NCBI GenBank assembly: GCA_963847705.1
Contig: CAWKBC010000027.1
Location: 640,001-704,000 of the forward strand
Length of the DNA stretch: 64,000 bases
Origin: an uncultured Pseudomonadota bacterium
GTDB lineage: Bacteria > Myxococcota_A > Polyangia > Fen-1088
Direction: 5' to 3'
Made by a program: the position numbers and the translations under genes. The notes beneath the pieces were generated by a model. It searched no databases and was not told the origin of the DNA. It saw only the letters and a list, made by a program, of their open reading frames with translations. Below are positions 36,369-46,400 of the stretch, in pieces (the first letter of the stretch is position 1; every line of letters starts with the position of its first letter).

Positions 36369-37976
36369 GTGGACTTTCCGCTGGTCCTCACGGCAGCGGA
36401 GATGCGGGAGGCCGACCTCGCGGTGGCGCGCGCGCTCGGCGTTCCGACCTTGCGGTTGATGGAGAGGGCCGGGCGGGGGGTCGCCGAAGTCGTGCAGCGC
36501 GAGCTGGGCGCCGCGCGGGGCCGCGTGGCGATTGTCTGCGGCAGTGGCTCGAATGGTGGTGATGGATTCGTGGCGGCGCGGCAGCTGGCGCTGGCCGGTC
36601 TCTCGGTGCGCGTCCTGCTGGCGGCGCCCAAAGAAAAGATCCAGGGTGACGCCGCGGCGGCGCTGGCGGCGCTCGAGCAGCTGGGGAGCGTGTTGGTGGA
36701 GGAGGGGAGCGCCTGGACGGACGAGACGACCTGGCGCACGCGCATCGAGGGGACGGCCGACGGCGGTGATGCCGGGGTCGACGCCGTCGTCGACGCCATC
36801 GTCGACGCCATCTTCGGCACCGGGTTTCGCGGTCCGGTGCGCGACGTGCCGGCGGCGGCGCTGGCGGCGATGAACGCCGCCGGTGGACGCAAGATCGCCG
36901 TCGACATCCCCTCGGGGCTGGACGCCGACAGCGGCCGCGCGGCGGGCGTGGTCTTTCGGGCCGACGTGACCGCCACGATGGGCGCCCGCAAGCTCGGCCT
37001 GGTCGTCGACGCTTCGGCTCCCGTGGGGCGGCTCGAGATCGTCGACCTGGGCGCGCCGGTCGACGCACGGATCGCCCCCTCTGCCCGCTGCCGTCTGCTC
37101 GACGGGCCCGGGATCGCCGAACGCCTCCCGCGCCGGAGCGCCGACGCGCACAAGGGGAGCTCCGGGCACTTGCTGGTGGTGGCGGGCTCGGCCGGCAAGA
37201 CCGGGGCCGCGGTTCTGGTGGGGACCGCCGCGCTTCGCAGCGGCGCAGGCCTGGTGACGATCGCCTCGACCGCCGCCGGGCAGATCGCGCTCGACGCCAA
37301 GGCGATCGAGCTCATGACCGCCCGTTACACCGAGGGCGAGGACGCGGTCCCGGCGGCCGCGCTCGCCGCGCTGGAGAGCCTCGCCGGCCGCGCGCAGGCG
37401 GTGGCCCTCGGCCCTGGGATCCCGACCGGCGCGGGAATGCGGGCAGTGGTGCACGCGCTGGCGTCGCGGCTGAAGGCTCCGATGGTGATCGACGCCGATG
37501 CGCTCAACGCGCTCGGCACCGAGGCGCCGAGGATCCTGAGCGGGGCGCCCGCCCCGCGCGTGCTCACGCCGCATCCGGGAGAGATGGGACGCCTGCTCGG
37601 GATCTCCATCGCAGAGGTGCAGTCGGAGCGGATCGTCCATGCGCGCGCTCTGGCCGCCGCGACGGGGGCGATCGTCGTCCTCAAGGGGGCGCGCACGATC
37701 GTGGCGGCCCCCGACGGCCAGGCGTTCATCAATCCGATCGCCTGCAGTTCGCTCGCCACCGCCGGGAGCGGCGACGTTCTCACCGGGGTCACCGGCGCGC
37801 TGCTGGCGCGTGGGGTCGAGGCGTTGACGGCGGCGCAGGTGGCCGTCTACCTGCACGGCGCGGCGGGCGAAGCGCTGGCACCCGAGCTGGGCGATGGGGT
37901 GATGGCCGGCGATCTGCCGCGGGCGATCGCCGGCGTCATGGTCCGATTGGCCCAGCTGGCGCGGCCTGCCGGCTGA
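36369..37976 (+). CDS. nnr: Bifunctional NAD(P)H-hydrate epimerase/dehydratase
   Basis: LMERAG, GSGSNGGDG, DIPSG, HKGSSG, DADAL, TPHPGE, LATAGSGDVL. Confidence 0.93.
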   Translation: MDFPLVLTAAEMREADLAVARALGVPTLRLMERAGRGVAEVVQRELGAARGRVAIVCGSGSNGGDGFVAARQLALAGLSVRVLLAAPKEKIQGDAAAALAALEQLGSVLVEEGSAWTDETTWRTRIEGTADGGDAGVDAVVDAIVDAIFGTGFRGPVRDVPAAALAAMNAAGGRKIAVDIPSGLDADSGRAAGVVFRADVTATMGARKLGLVVDASAPVGRLEIVDLGAPVDARIAPSARCRLLDGPGIAERLPRRSADAHKGSSGHLLVVAGSAGKTGAAVLVGTAALRSGAGLVTIASTAAGQIALDAKAIELMTARYTEGEDAVPAAALAALESLAGRAQAVALGPGIPTGAGMRAVVHALASRLKAPMVIDADALNALGTEAPRILSGAPAPRVLTPHPGEMGRLLGISIAEVQSERIVHARALAAATGAIVVLKGARTIVAAPDGQAFINPIACSSLATAGSGDVLTGVTGALLARGVEALTAAQVAVYLHGAAGEALAPELGDGVMAGDLPRAIAGVMVRLAQLARPAG

Positions 37977-40308
37977 GCCCCTCGAGGTGCCAGGCGACGA
38001 CCGTCGCGTCTGGCGGACCGTCGACCCGCGCGACGCCCGTCTCGTCGCTCATCGCCGCGACCGTGACACCGCCCCCCTCCAGCGTGACCCAGCGGCCGAC
38101 GAGCGGTGCACCGTCGGGCGCGCGCAGCCGGATCGCGCTGCCGCCGACCACCGGCCGGGCGCGCGCGGCCAGCGCGGCCCGCGCGTTGAGCGCCAGCGGT
38201 CCTTCCGGGCCGCGCGCCGCGACCTCGAGCGCGGCGCGCGCGTCGGCGAGCCCGCGCGCGCTCCAGGCCGCGGCCGCCCGCACCTGCAACGCCTCGAACG
38301 GGGAGGCCAGGAGCGAGGCCAGCCAGCCTCCGCCGCGTGGCGCCCGGGCGATCGCGGCACACAGGCGGGCGCGGACGGCAGGCTCGGCGTCGGCGAAGGC
38401 GCGCGCGAGCGCGGCCAGCTCAGCGTCGGAGAGTCGGGCCGTCGCCAGGAGATCGGCCGCCGCGAGGGCGGTCGCTCCGTCGGTGGCGAGGAGCGCCGTC
38501 GCGCGATCGACGACGGCGCTGTTGTTGGCGAGCCGCTCGGTACCGTCCGCGACGGCCAGCGCGCGCGCCAGCGGGCCTTGCAGGTCCGGCGCGGCGGTCA
38601 AGAATGCTTCGGCGAGAGCCGGGCCGTCGGCGGCGGTCACGTTGGCCGCGAGCGCGTCACCGAGCGCCTCCAGCTCGGCCGCGTCGCGCGTCAAGCGCGT
38701 CGCCGGCGCGGTCGTCTTCACTGCGTGCTCTGGGTTCGCTGGGTTCGCTGCGTGCGCAGGGTTCGCCGGGTTCGCCGGGTTCGCTGGGTTCGCTGGGTTC
38801 GCTGGGTTCGCTGGGTTCGCTGCGCTCGCTGCGAGCGCAGCCAAGAGCCGGGGGAGCGGCGCGCCGCCGGTGCGGGCCAGCGCGCGGGCGGCCGCGGACC
38901 GCACCGCGGAGTCGACGTCGCCGAGCCGGTCGGCCAGCGTCGGGGCGGCAGCGCGGACGGCGAGCCGGCCGGCGAGCCGCGCGGCGCTGGCGCGGACCCG
39001 AGGATCGCGATTGGCGAGCCCTCCGTCGAGTACGGCGACACTGCGGGGATCGGCCAGCACGTTCAGCGCCTCGAAGGCTTCCAGGCGGACGTCCGCTGGC
39101 GGCGCCTGGGCTGGCCGCGCCTGGGCCGGCGGCGCCTCGGCGGCGCGCGCGAGCGCCGGAACCGCCGCCGGGTCCTCGAGACGTGCGAGCGCCTGGATGG
39201 CCACCCGAACCACGGTGGCGCTGGTCTCGGGCGCCGCGATGGCCGCCGTGAGCGCGTCGGTGGCCCGGCGATCGCCGATCTCACCGAGCAGCGCGGCGGC
39301 CAGCGCGGCGCTCGACGGCCTGCCGCGGGACACCTCGACCGCCAGCGCCTCCACCGCTGACCGACCCGCCTGAAGCAGGCCCAGCTTGGCCTCGGGAACC
39401 GGGGGAGCGCCGAGCGCCGCGACCAGCGCGGCGACGGCGGCCGGCGTGGCGATCTGGCCGAGCGCGAGGTCGGCGTGGCGGGTGAGCTCGTCGGCCGGCC
39501 GACGCCGTGAAAGCCTGACCAGCGTCGGCAGCGCCGCGCCCCCGCCCATGGCCGGCGAGCCGAGCGCGTCGACGGCCGCCGCGCGGAGCTCTCCCGTCGG
39601 CTCGGAGGCGATCCGGATCAGCGCCGGGATGGCCCGGGGATCGCGAAGAGCGCCCAGCGCCCGGAGCGCCGACAGCCGGATCGAACGGTCGGCGTCGTCC
39701 AGCCGCTCGAGCAGCGGCAGCGTCGCCAGCCAGGCCGCCTCCGGAGCGTCGGCGTGCTGTCGGGTCACCCCCTCGACCACGAGCGCGGCCGCCAGGCGCA
39801 CCTCGCGGCTGTCGTCGTCGAGCGCGCCCAGAACGACCGGCAGCGAGGGGAGGGGGTCGTGGCGCCCGAGCACCGCCAGCGCGCGTATCCGCACCGGAGC
39901 ATCCCGGTCGTGGACCGCCTGCGCGATCGCCCGCCCGGCCGCTGGTGTCAGGGTGGCCGCCTGCGCGAGGATGTCCAGGCCCAGGGCGCGGTCGGCGGGG
40001 GGCCGCCCGGGCGTGGTCAGCCAGTCGACGGCCGCGGCCAGCGCGTCCGGATCGCCGGCACGTCCCAGCAGGCGCCCGACGTAGGTCCGGACCCCGGGCT
40101 CGGAGTCGGAGAGCAGCGGCCGGAGGTAGGGCCCGGCGGCCTCGACCCCCTCCCGCGCCACCAGCCGCTCCACGGCGGCGGGACGATCCTGCTCGGGGAG
40201 CGTGCTGAGCGCGCGCCCGTCGGTCTCCAGCGCGCCAGGCCAGCTGAAGTCGCCGGCGACGAGACCGAGGAGGGCGACCATGAGAGCGACGGTGTGCGCC
40301 GCGATCAT
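37936..40308 (-). CDS. Secreted HEAT-repeat protein
   Basis: Hydrophobic N-terminus; repeated L.D.D..VR..A..AL units; start placed at ATG 40308. Confidence 0.8.
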   Translation of the reverse strand: MIAAHTVALMVALLGLVAGDFSWPGALETDGRALSTLPEQDRPAAVERLVAREGVEAAGPYLRPLLSDSEPGVRTYVGRLLGRAGDPDALAAAVDWLTTPGRPPADRALGLDILAQAATLTPAAGRAIAQAVHDRDAPVRIRALAVLGRHDPLPSLPVVLGALDDDSREVRLAAALVVEGVTRQHADAPEAAWLATLPLLERLDDADRSIRLSALRALGALRDPRAIPALIRIASEPTGELRAAAVDALGSPAMGGGAALPTLVRLSRRRPADELTRHADLALGQIATPAAVAALVAALGAPPVPEAKLGLLQAGRSAVEALAVEVSRGRPSSAALAAALLGEIGDRRATDALTAAIAAPETSATVVRVAIQALARLEDPAAVPALARAAEAPPAQARPAQAPPADVRLEAFEALNVLADPRSVAVLDGGLANRDPRVRASAARLAGRLAVRAAAPTLADRLGDVDSAVRSAAARALARTGGAPLPRLLAALAASAANPANPANPANPANPANPANPAHAANPANPEHAVKTTAPATRLTRDAAELEALGDALAANVTAADGPALAEAFLTAAPDLQGPLARALAVADGTERLANNSAVVDRATALLATDGATALAAADLLATARLSDAELAALARAFADAEPAVRARLCAAIARAPRGGGWLASLLASPFEALQVRAAAAWSARGLADARAALEVAARGPEGPLALNARAALAARARPVVGGSAIRLRAPDGAPLVGRWVTLEGGGVTVAAMSDETGVARVDGPPDATVVAWHLEGLSRQAAPAGPIGP
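38731..38821. repeat. 9-bp VNTR gggttcgc(c/t), encoding (ANP)7-AHA-(ANP)2
   Basis: Seven units at 38759-38821 and two at 38732-38749. Confidence 0.95.
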
Positions 40309-40359
40309 CCGCGCAGTATAGCGGCGTGTGTTGTCGCCCGGATCGATTACACTCCCGGC
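40309..40359. promoter_or_regulatory. Back-to-back putative leaderless promoters
   Basis: Minus strand TATACT-6nt-ATG(40308); plus strand TACACT(40348-40353)-6nt-ATG(40360). Confidence 0.6.
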
Positions 40360-40641
40360 ATGACGCGAGAGATCATCGTCAACATCCTGGAAGGCGAAGG
40401 GGCGGAAGGAAAAGGGGGCACGTTCAAGATCCCCGAGGCGCGCGAGGCGACCTGCTTCATCTCGAACCCGGGCGAGCTGCTGGCGATCGCGCGCGTCGTG
40501 AAGATCGAGCTGAAGGATCAGTACTTGACGCTCGCCACGGCGAAGGACGAGCGGTTCGTGTTCGCCTACAGCGACGTGCTCGGCTTCAAGCTGGCCGTCG
40601 CAGCACAATCAAAAGATCGCTCCGCCGGCTTCGGCCGCTAG
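40360..40641 (+). CDS. Small hypothetical protein (93 aa)
   Basis: MTREIIVNILEG...RSAGFGR; typical codon usage; promoter-like hexamer upstream. Confidence 0.75.
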   Translation: MTREIIVNILEGEGAEGKGGTFKIPEAREATCFISNPGELLAIARVVKIELKDQYLTLATAKDERFVFAYSDVLGFKLAVAAQSKDRSAGFGR

Positions 40642-40762
40642 GAGGGCGTCGCCGAAGGCGACGGTGAGCGGCGCGAACCATGCCCGACGACGTGCCGCCC
40701 GATAGGCGGCCCAAGGAGCCCGCTAGGAGGGCGTCGCCGGAGGCGACGGTGGGCCGGCGCGA
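40638..40762 (+). repeat. REP-like element B, copy 2 (40638-40712) and partial copy 3 (40723-40762)
   Basis: ctaggagggcgtcgccg(a/g)aggcgacggtg occurs twice, between convergent genes. Confidence 0.9.
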
Positions 40763-40779
40763 GGGCTGGCCCTCCCGCC

Positions 40780-42612
40780 TCAGCGCATCGACATCGACCA
40801 GCTGGCGATCGTCTTGCTGCCGTTGAACTTGGGGAAGGTCGGCATGCGCGACAGGACGCAGCTGGCGAAGCCGCCCTTCTGCCCGTTCACCTTCACGGCG
40901 GAGACCTTGCCGTTGCCGCGCACCACGAAGTCGAGGCTCATCTCGGAGAGCCCCGGGTTGTGCTTGCGCTCGCTCATCAGGCAGGGGACCAGGCCCCGGT
41001 AGTGGTGCATCATCGTCTCTTCGATCACGCCGTCGTCGAGCGTCTCGTCGCCGGCGCTGGCGTACTTCGAGGCGTCCCCGAAGTTCGAGTCGTTGCTGAA
41101 CTCGCCGTCGTCGGCCTTGGAGCCGCCGGCGTGGTGGCCGCCGCTGCCGCGCTTGGCGACCTGGGCCTTCTGAAAGCTGACCTTGACGTCCTTGAGGAAG
41201 GCGTCGACCTCCGCGTCCTCGCTGCGTGAGGCGAGCTTGGTCCCCTCGTCGGCCTTGCGCGTCCAGACGAAGAAGCCCACCAGGCCCACCGCCGCCGCCA
41301 GCAAGACCAGCGTGAAGAGGACGGTGACCGTCTTCTTCTTCTTGTCGACGCTCTCCTGCCGCTGCTCGGCGGCGGCACGCCGGTTCTGCTCGCGGTGCCG
41401 CTCGGAGGTCTTGGTGAACTCGCGCAGCGCCGGGAAGTCCTTCACCTTCTTGCGGGCGCCGGTGTCGCTGTCGACGATCATGTGCTCGCCGATGATCTCG
41501 CCGCGCTGAATCTGCGCCCGCACCTGGGCCAGCGAGAACGGACCGAAGTCCAGGCGGTCCTTCTGGATGAGCCACCGCTCCTGCGCCTCGTCAATCGCGG
41601 CTCCCGCCGCCTCGGCGACGTTGAAGGAACGGCCGAGCGAGCTGCGCGGCGGCGGGGCGGAAGGAGGTTCCAGCGACGGCTCCACCTGGGCCTGCCGCAC
41701 GGCGGCCTGGCGGGGCGCCGAAACCGACTGAGCCGGCAGGCCGCCGGCCTGGGGCGGACCGGCCGGCCCGAGGTTGGGCGTTCCGCCGGCCAGCGCGGCG
41801 GCCAGGGCGTCCCGCAGATCCATCGGCGAGGCGAACCGCGCCGCGGGGTCTCGCGCGAAGGTCTTGGCCAGGATGGCGTCGGCCACCGGTGGGACGTCAG
41901 CCGCGGCCTGGGTCACCGGCTTGAACGGCGATGACGGCAGTCGCCCGGTGACCACCTCGTACAGCAGGACGCCGAGCGAGTAGACGTCCGAGGCCGAGCT
42001 CGGCGGCGCGCCGGCCAGCACCTCGGGGGCGACGTAGACGGTGTCGGGGGCGCCGTCAGGAGCCCCGCGCCGCGCCAAGGCCGGCACGGTCCGCCCGAGG
42101 CCGAGCTCGCCCACCTTGACCCGGCCCGCCTTGTTCACCCAGATGGCCGTCGGGTTCAGCCCGCCGTGGGGCATGAAGCCGGCGGCGCGCTCGAGGCCGT
42201 TGGCCACGTGCGTGATGAGGTTGCAGGCCCCCTTGAAGGAGATGTTGCGCCCCTCGTTCCGCTTGTTGTCGATGAACTCGCGCAGGGTCTGCCCGTCGAG
42301 CAGCTCGGTGGCGATGAAGAACGAATCGGCCTCGCGTCCGGCGCTCAGGACCTCGATCAGGTTCTTGTGAACGAGGGCGCTGGCGTTCTCGACGTCGGTG
42401 ACCAGCTGCGCCGCCGAGGGGCCGAGCGCGCGCATCGAGATGATGCGGACCGCGGCTGGCCCCCGCCGGTTGGAGTCGGTGGCGCGGTAGGTCTGACTGA
42501 CCGCGTCCTGACTGAGGAGACCGTCGAGGCGAAAGCGCCCCCCGACGACGGCACCGGTTTGAAACTGGCCTGGGGGGGCCGAGACGGCAAGCGAATCACG
42601 TCCGGGGGCCAT
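40780..42612 (-). CDS. Ser/Thr kinase-fold protein (probable pseudokinase) + GYF_2-like domain + TM helix + AgmX/TonB-C-like domain
   Basis: YVAPE and SDVYSLG retained; DFGPFSL; TM helix; LDFVVRGNGKV...CV...FPKF. Confidence 0.8.
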   Translation of the reverse strand: MAPGRDSLAVSAPPGQFQTGAVVGGRFRLDGLLSQDAVSQTYRATDSNRRGPAAVRIISMRALGPSAAQLVTDVENASALVHKNLIEVLSAGREADSFFIATELLDGQTLREFIDNKRNEGRNISFKGACNLITHVANGLERAAGFMPHGGLNPTAIWVNKAGRVKVGELGLGRTVPALARRGAPDGAPDTVYVAPEVLAGAPPSSASDVYSLGVLLYEVVTGRLPSSPFKPVTQAAADVPPVADAILAKTFARDPAARFASPMDLRDALAAALAGGTPNLGPAGPPQAGGLPAQSVSAPRQAAVRQAQVEPSLEPPSAPPPRSSLGRSFNVAEAAGAAIDEAQERWLIQKDRLDFGPFSLAQVRAQIQRGEIIGEHMIVDSDTGARKKVKDFPALREFTKTSERHREQNRRAAAEQRQESVDKKKKTVTVLFTLVLLAAAVGLVGFFVWTRKADEGTKLASRSEDAEVDAFLKDVKVSFQKAQVAKRGSGGHHAGGSKADDGEFSNDSNFGDASKYASAGDETLDDGVIEETMMHHYRGLVPCLMSERKHNPGLSEMSLDFVVRGNGKVSAVKVNGQKGGFASCVLSRMPTFPKFNGSKTIASWSMSMR

Positions 42613-42674
42613 GGGTGGTCGCCGACTTTAACAAAAGTTGGGGGCAAACCGAAGCCGGGGTGTGGGGGACCACA

Positions 42675-43244
42675 TTATTTGCTCTCCACCACTTGCGGCA
42701 GCTTCTTGGCCTGGCCGATCCAGTCGGAGATCTGCGGCTCTGTGGGGGGCTTTTCCGAGATCTTGGCCGTCTTGTTGGCGGCGTCCATTGCGGCGGTCAA
42801 GGCCGCGGGATCCTTGGTGATCAGGTCGGCCGTGCTCTTCACCCCGGCCGCCTCGAACAGCAACACCATCTCCGGGCCGACGCCCTTGATCCGCAACAGG
42901 TCGCAGCGGTGGACCAGCACGAGAAGCTCGGGTCCCGGCATGCCGGTCGCCTTGCCGAGCGCCTTGCGCTCCTTGGCCGTGGCCCCCTTGGTCAGGAGCT
43001 CTTCGGTGGTCTCGACCTTCCCCTTGTGGAGCTTCTCGACCTGCGCCGGCGTGATGAGGCGCGGAACATCCGCCACCGCATAGTGGCTGGCGTTTGCCGC
43101 ACCGGCCCAGGCCATGAGCCCGAGCGACAACGCGATTCGCGTGAGCGCCGACGGGCTGCGCCTGGCGGCGCCTGTCCGCGGGGGATTCAAAGGACCTGTC
43201 GCCCGCTGGGGTCCTTTGCTCGAAAGGGGGAGCGTCTTTCGCAT
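42675..43244 (-). CDS. DUF4332-like helix-hairpin-helix protein with signal peptide
   Basis: DLLRIKGVGPE..LLFEAAGV..T, PTEPQISDWI. Confidence 0.75.
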   Translation of the reverse strand: MRKTLPLSSKGPQRATGPLNPPRTGAARRSPSALTRIALSLGLMAWAGAANASHYAVADVPRLITPAQVEKLHKGKVETTEELLTKGATAKERKALGKATGMPGPELLVLVHRCDLLRIKGVGPEMVLLFEAAGVKSTADLITKDPAALTAAMDAANKTAKISEKPPTEPQISDWIGQAKKLPQVVESK

Positions 43245-43255
43245 GTCAGCCTCCG

Positions 43256-43876
43256 TCAGAGCGTCTTGAAGCGGCGGACCAGCTCGCGCAACCGGCGCGA
43301 GCCGCCGCCTTCCCGGTAGATGAATCGCACGCCGGTCTGATTCGCGCCCGCATGGTAGACGACGCGGCCGGAAAGGTCGAATGACGCTTCGCTGCCGGGC
43401 GGGGTGATGTCCAGGACCACGTCGGTGCCGATGGGCGGCTGGACGGGCCCGAAGACGAGGCCTCCGCTGACGCTGATCTCGCGCAGCTCGGCGTCGACCA
43501 TGTCGAGCCCGGCGGCCACCCGGATGCGGCAGGGGATCCCGATCGGGATTCGCGTGTGCTTGCGGCGGCGGGTGGCGGGACGCTCGCCCCGCAGCGTCTC
43601 GAGCATGAAGTCGCGCTTGGCGCTCTCGTCCGGTTGAAAGGCCACGGTGGCCCCGGCCCGCACGCGCATCCGCGGCAACGCGGGCCGCCAGGCGGTCACG
43701 GTGCCGCGGATCAGCACCTTGTTGGGCAGGCCGTCGCAGGCCATCTCGACCACCACGGCCGTGCCAGGCGCGAGCTCGGTGGTCGTGGGGCAGAAAACGC
43801 CCCCGGTGGGGAGATCAAGCCGGTAGTGCTCTTCGAACTCTTCGAGGTTCCGGCAGCGGACGCGCAGAATGTTCAC
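43256..43876 (-). CDS. Tandem PilZ-domain protein
   Basis: GGVFCPT in the N-domain; RRKHTR and EISVSG in the C-domain; GTG 43876 with ggag SD. Confidence 0.75.
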   Translation of the reverse strand: MNILRVRCRNLEEFEEHYRLDLPTGGVFCPTTTELAPGTAVVVEMACDGLPNKVLIRGTVTAWRPALPRMRVRAGATVAFQPDESAKRDFMLETLRGERPATRRRKHTRIPIGIPCRIRVAAGLDMVDAELREISVSGGLVFGPVQPPIGTDVVLDITPPGSEASFDLSGRVVYHAGANQTGVRFIYREGGGSRRLRELVRRFKTL

Positions 43877-43942
43877 GAGGGGGGCTCTCCAGGAAGACCA
43901 AAATAGCCGAGGCGCTTCGGATGTACTAGGGTTCTGCCCCCA

Positions 43943-44809
43943 ATGCCCATCCGCGTCCACATTGGTGGCTCCGTCTGCCCCCCCGAAGAAGCGAAGGTAT
44001 CGGTGTTTGACCGAGGGTTTCTCTATGGTGACAGCGTCTACGAGACCATCGGAACGGCCTATGGTCGGCTCTTCGCCGCCCGCGATCATCTTTACCGCCT
44101 GGAGCGCTCGGCGGAGCGGATCGGCCTGCGGGCCCCGCCCCGGGCCACCATCGAGCGCGCCATCGCCGACACGATGGCCGCGGCGGGCTTCCCCGAGTCG
44201 CGCGTGCGCGTCATCTTGACTCGCGGGGCCGGCAAGCTGGATCTCGACCCGGCGTCGGTCGACGACACGCAGCTCATCGTCATCGTGTTCCCACTCGGCG
44301 CGCCGACCCCCGAGATGTACGACAAAGGGGTGGCGGTGGCGATCGTCTCGATCACGCGCAACAGCCCGCTGGCCATGGACCCGATGGTCAAATCGGGCAA
44401 CTACCTGAACAACGTGCTGGCGCTCGGCGAGGCCCGCCGGCGCAACAAGGCCTACGAGGCGATCCTCTGCGGCGGCGACGGGAGCATCGCCGAGGGGTCG
44501 ACCAGCAACATCTTCATCGTCAGCGGTGGCGAGGTGCGGACGCCGCCGCCCGAGGCCGGGATCCTGGACGGAATCACCCGCGGCAAGGTCATGGAGCTCT
44601 GCCGCACGAACGGGATCCCGCTCGTCGAGCGGCGCATCTCCCCGGACGAGCTGCGCGGGGCCGACGAGGCCTTCATCACCAGCGCCACGCGCGGCGTCCT
44701 GCCCGTCACCACCGTCGACGAAAAGCCGGTGGCCGCCGGGCGCCCCGGACCGGTCACCCGCAAGTTGATCGGTCTTTACGACGCGCTCGCCCGGCGCGGC
44801 GTAGACTAG
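43943..44809 (+). CDS. Aminotransferase class IV (IlvE/Dat/PabC family)
   Basis: DRGFLYGDSVYE, HLYRL, KSGNY, EGSTSN, ILDGITR, ADEAFITS. Confidence 0.92.
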   Translation: MPIRVHIGGSVCPPEEAKVSVFDRGFLYGDSVYETIGTAYGRLFAARDHLYRLERSAERIGLRAPPRATIERAIADTMAAAGFPESRVRVILTRGAGKLDLDPASVDDTQLIVIVFPLGAPTPEMYDKGVAVAIVSITRNSPLAMDPMVKSGNYLNNVLALGEARRRNKAYEAILCGGDGSIAEGSTSNIFIVSGGEVRTPPPEAGILDGITRGKVMELCRTNGIPLVERRISPDELRGADEAFITSATRGVLPVTTVDEKPVAAGRPGPVTRKLIGLYDALARRGVD

Positions 44810-44826
44810 ACGGCGAGGGTGATGAG

Positions 44827-45051
44827 GTGAACGGTGCCGCCACGCTGCTCCCGAAGTTCTTCGTCATCTGCAGTGTCATCCTGATCCTGACCGGCGTGGC
44901 CCAGTACCTGGTCCGGCCCCGCAAGCCGAAGGAGTCGCTGCCCGAGAAGGTGGCCAACCGGGCCACCATCACGGCGCTGCTGTCGATCGCGGTCGGCGTC
45001 GCCGGTCTGCTGATCGGCCTCGGCGTGGTGCCGATGCCGCACTTTCACTAG
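44827..45051 (+). CDS. Small two-TM membrane protein
   Basis: Two hydrophobic segments; GTG start with gaggg SD. Confidence 0.65.
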   Translation: MNGAATLLPKFFVICSVILILTGVAQYLVRPRKPKESLPEKVANRATITALLSIAVGVAGLLIGLGVVPMPHFH

Positions 45052-45059
45052 CGTCCCGA

Positions 45060-45192
45060 CGGCGATCTGCACGCCGGAGGGCGCGAAGCGCCCGGGTCCC
45101 AGCACCGGGAGGCTCGGCTTTGCCGAGCCGGCGTCGACGGCCGACGGGGGGAGCTCGCGAGGGGGGATACCCCCTCACGGCGCCGAAGGCGC
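45060..45192. repeat. 133-bp multi-hairpin interspersed element A, copy 2
   Basis: Matches 25004-25136; fills the gap between two convergent TAG stop codons. Confidence 0.92.
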
Positions 45193-45193
45193 G

Positions 45194-46225
45194 CTAGCCC
45201 TTCTTGCTCTTGCCGCCCTTGCCGCCGCCGCCCGTGGCCTTGGTCAGCTTGGGGGAGACCATCACCCGATCCTTGGGCAGGGACGACAGCGCCGCCGTGT
45301 ACGTCTTGGTCTTCTGCTGCTCCTGATCCTTCATGGCGCCCTTGTCGTCGGTCTTGTGCATCCCGAGCTTGGCGAAGGTGATCGCCGCGTAGGAGGCGAT
45401 GGTCTCCTGCACGTTCGACAGGTGCTGGTCGAACTCCTGACGGGTGACGGTGATCTTCAGGACCGGCTGATCGTCGAGGACGCCGATGTAGGTCACCTGC
45501 TGCAGCTCGGGCGCCTTCAGGAACATGGCGGTCAGGAACTCCGCCCAGTAGGTCATCGCGCTGTTGAACGTGAGCGACTGCACGTACTCGTCCTTGCCGC
45601 TCTCGAGGTAGGGGTAGGTCACCTCGACGGCCTTGTGGGGCTCGTCGATCTTCATGGTCGGCTTGTGCTTGAAGTTGTCGTCGACGCGCACGACCTTCTT
45701 CTTCTCGTTCAGGCGGCAGGTGTCCTCGAGATCCTCGGGCGCCGCGCGGTTCAAGCTGTACTCGAACGACTTCTCCACCTCCTCGGGGAACCCCAGGCGG
45801 ATGGCGTTCTCGCACTTGGGACCCTTGTCGCCGTGCTCGCGCCAGATCTTGGCCACCGGGTTTCCACCGGTCTGGGCGTCGCCCTCGGTGTCGTAGAACG
45901 CGCCGAGGAACGTGGTCGGCTCGAAGGTGTTGCGGGTCATCGCGTATCTATAAAGAAACTGCAGGGCGGGGTAGATGTCGTCGCGCTTGGTCTTCTGCTT
46001 CAAGGCGACGTGCATCTTCACGTCCTGGCCGTCGGTCGGTCCGGAGACCTCGTCGCGGACGACCGTGAAGGCCGGGATGCCCGCGGGGATCTTGGGCTGA
46101 TCGCAGCAGGTCGTCGGGGCCGCGGGCTTGTCGGTCTGGCACGACGAGAGCGAGAGCAGGGCGGCGACCGCCGCACCTCCAACCAGTGAGTGGGCCACAA
46201 CGCTACGCGACAGCTGGTGACGCAT
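45194..46225 (-). CDS. Hypothetical lipoprotein
   Basis: Lipobox LSSC; SD ggagg; strong GC3 bias; basic tail. Confidence 0.75.
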   Translation of the reverse strand: MRHQLSRSVVAHSLVGGAAVAALLSLSSCQTDKPAAPTTCCDQPKIPAGIPAFTVVRDEVSGPTDGQDVKMHVALKQKTKRDDIYPALQFLYRYAMTRNTFEPTTFLGAFYDTEGDAQTGGNPVAKIWREHGDKGPKCENAIRLGFPEEVEKSFEYSLNRAAPEDLEDTCRLNEKKKVVRVDDNFKHKPTMKIDEPHKAVEVTYPYLESGKDEYVQSLTFNSAMTYWAEFLTAMFLKAPELQQVTYIGVLDDQPVLKITVTRQEFDQHLSNVQETIASYAAITFAKLGMHKTDDKGAMKDQEQQKTKTYTAALSSLPKDRVMVSPKLTKATGGGGKGGKSKKG

Positions 46226-46400
46226 CCGGAGCCTCCGAGACGAGGGGGGGAACAGCGGGAAGTGAGTGAGAACAGCGACGCGAGGCGCACGCTACATCAA
46301 CCCGTCGCTGCGAGGGGTCTTTCTTTCAATCGGCGCCGAGGTAGGGTATTGTACGTGCGTCGGAGCTGAACCAGCTTTCAGCTTCGCGCTAAACCATAAA

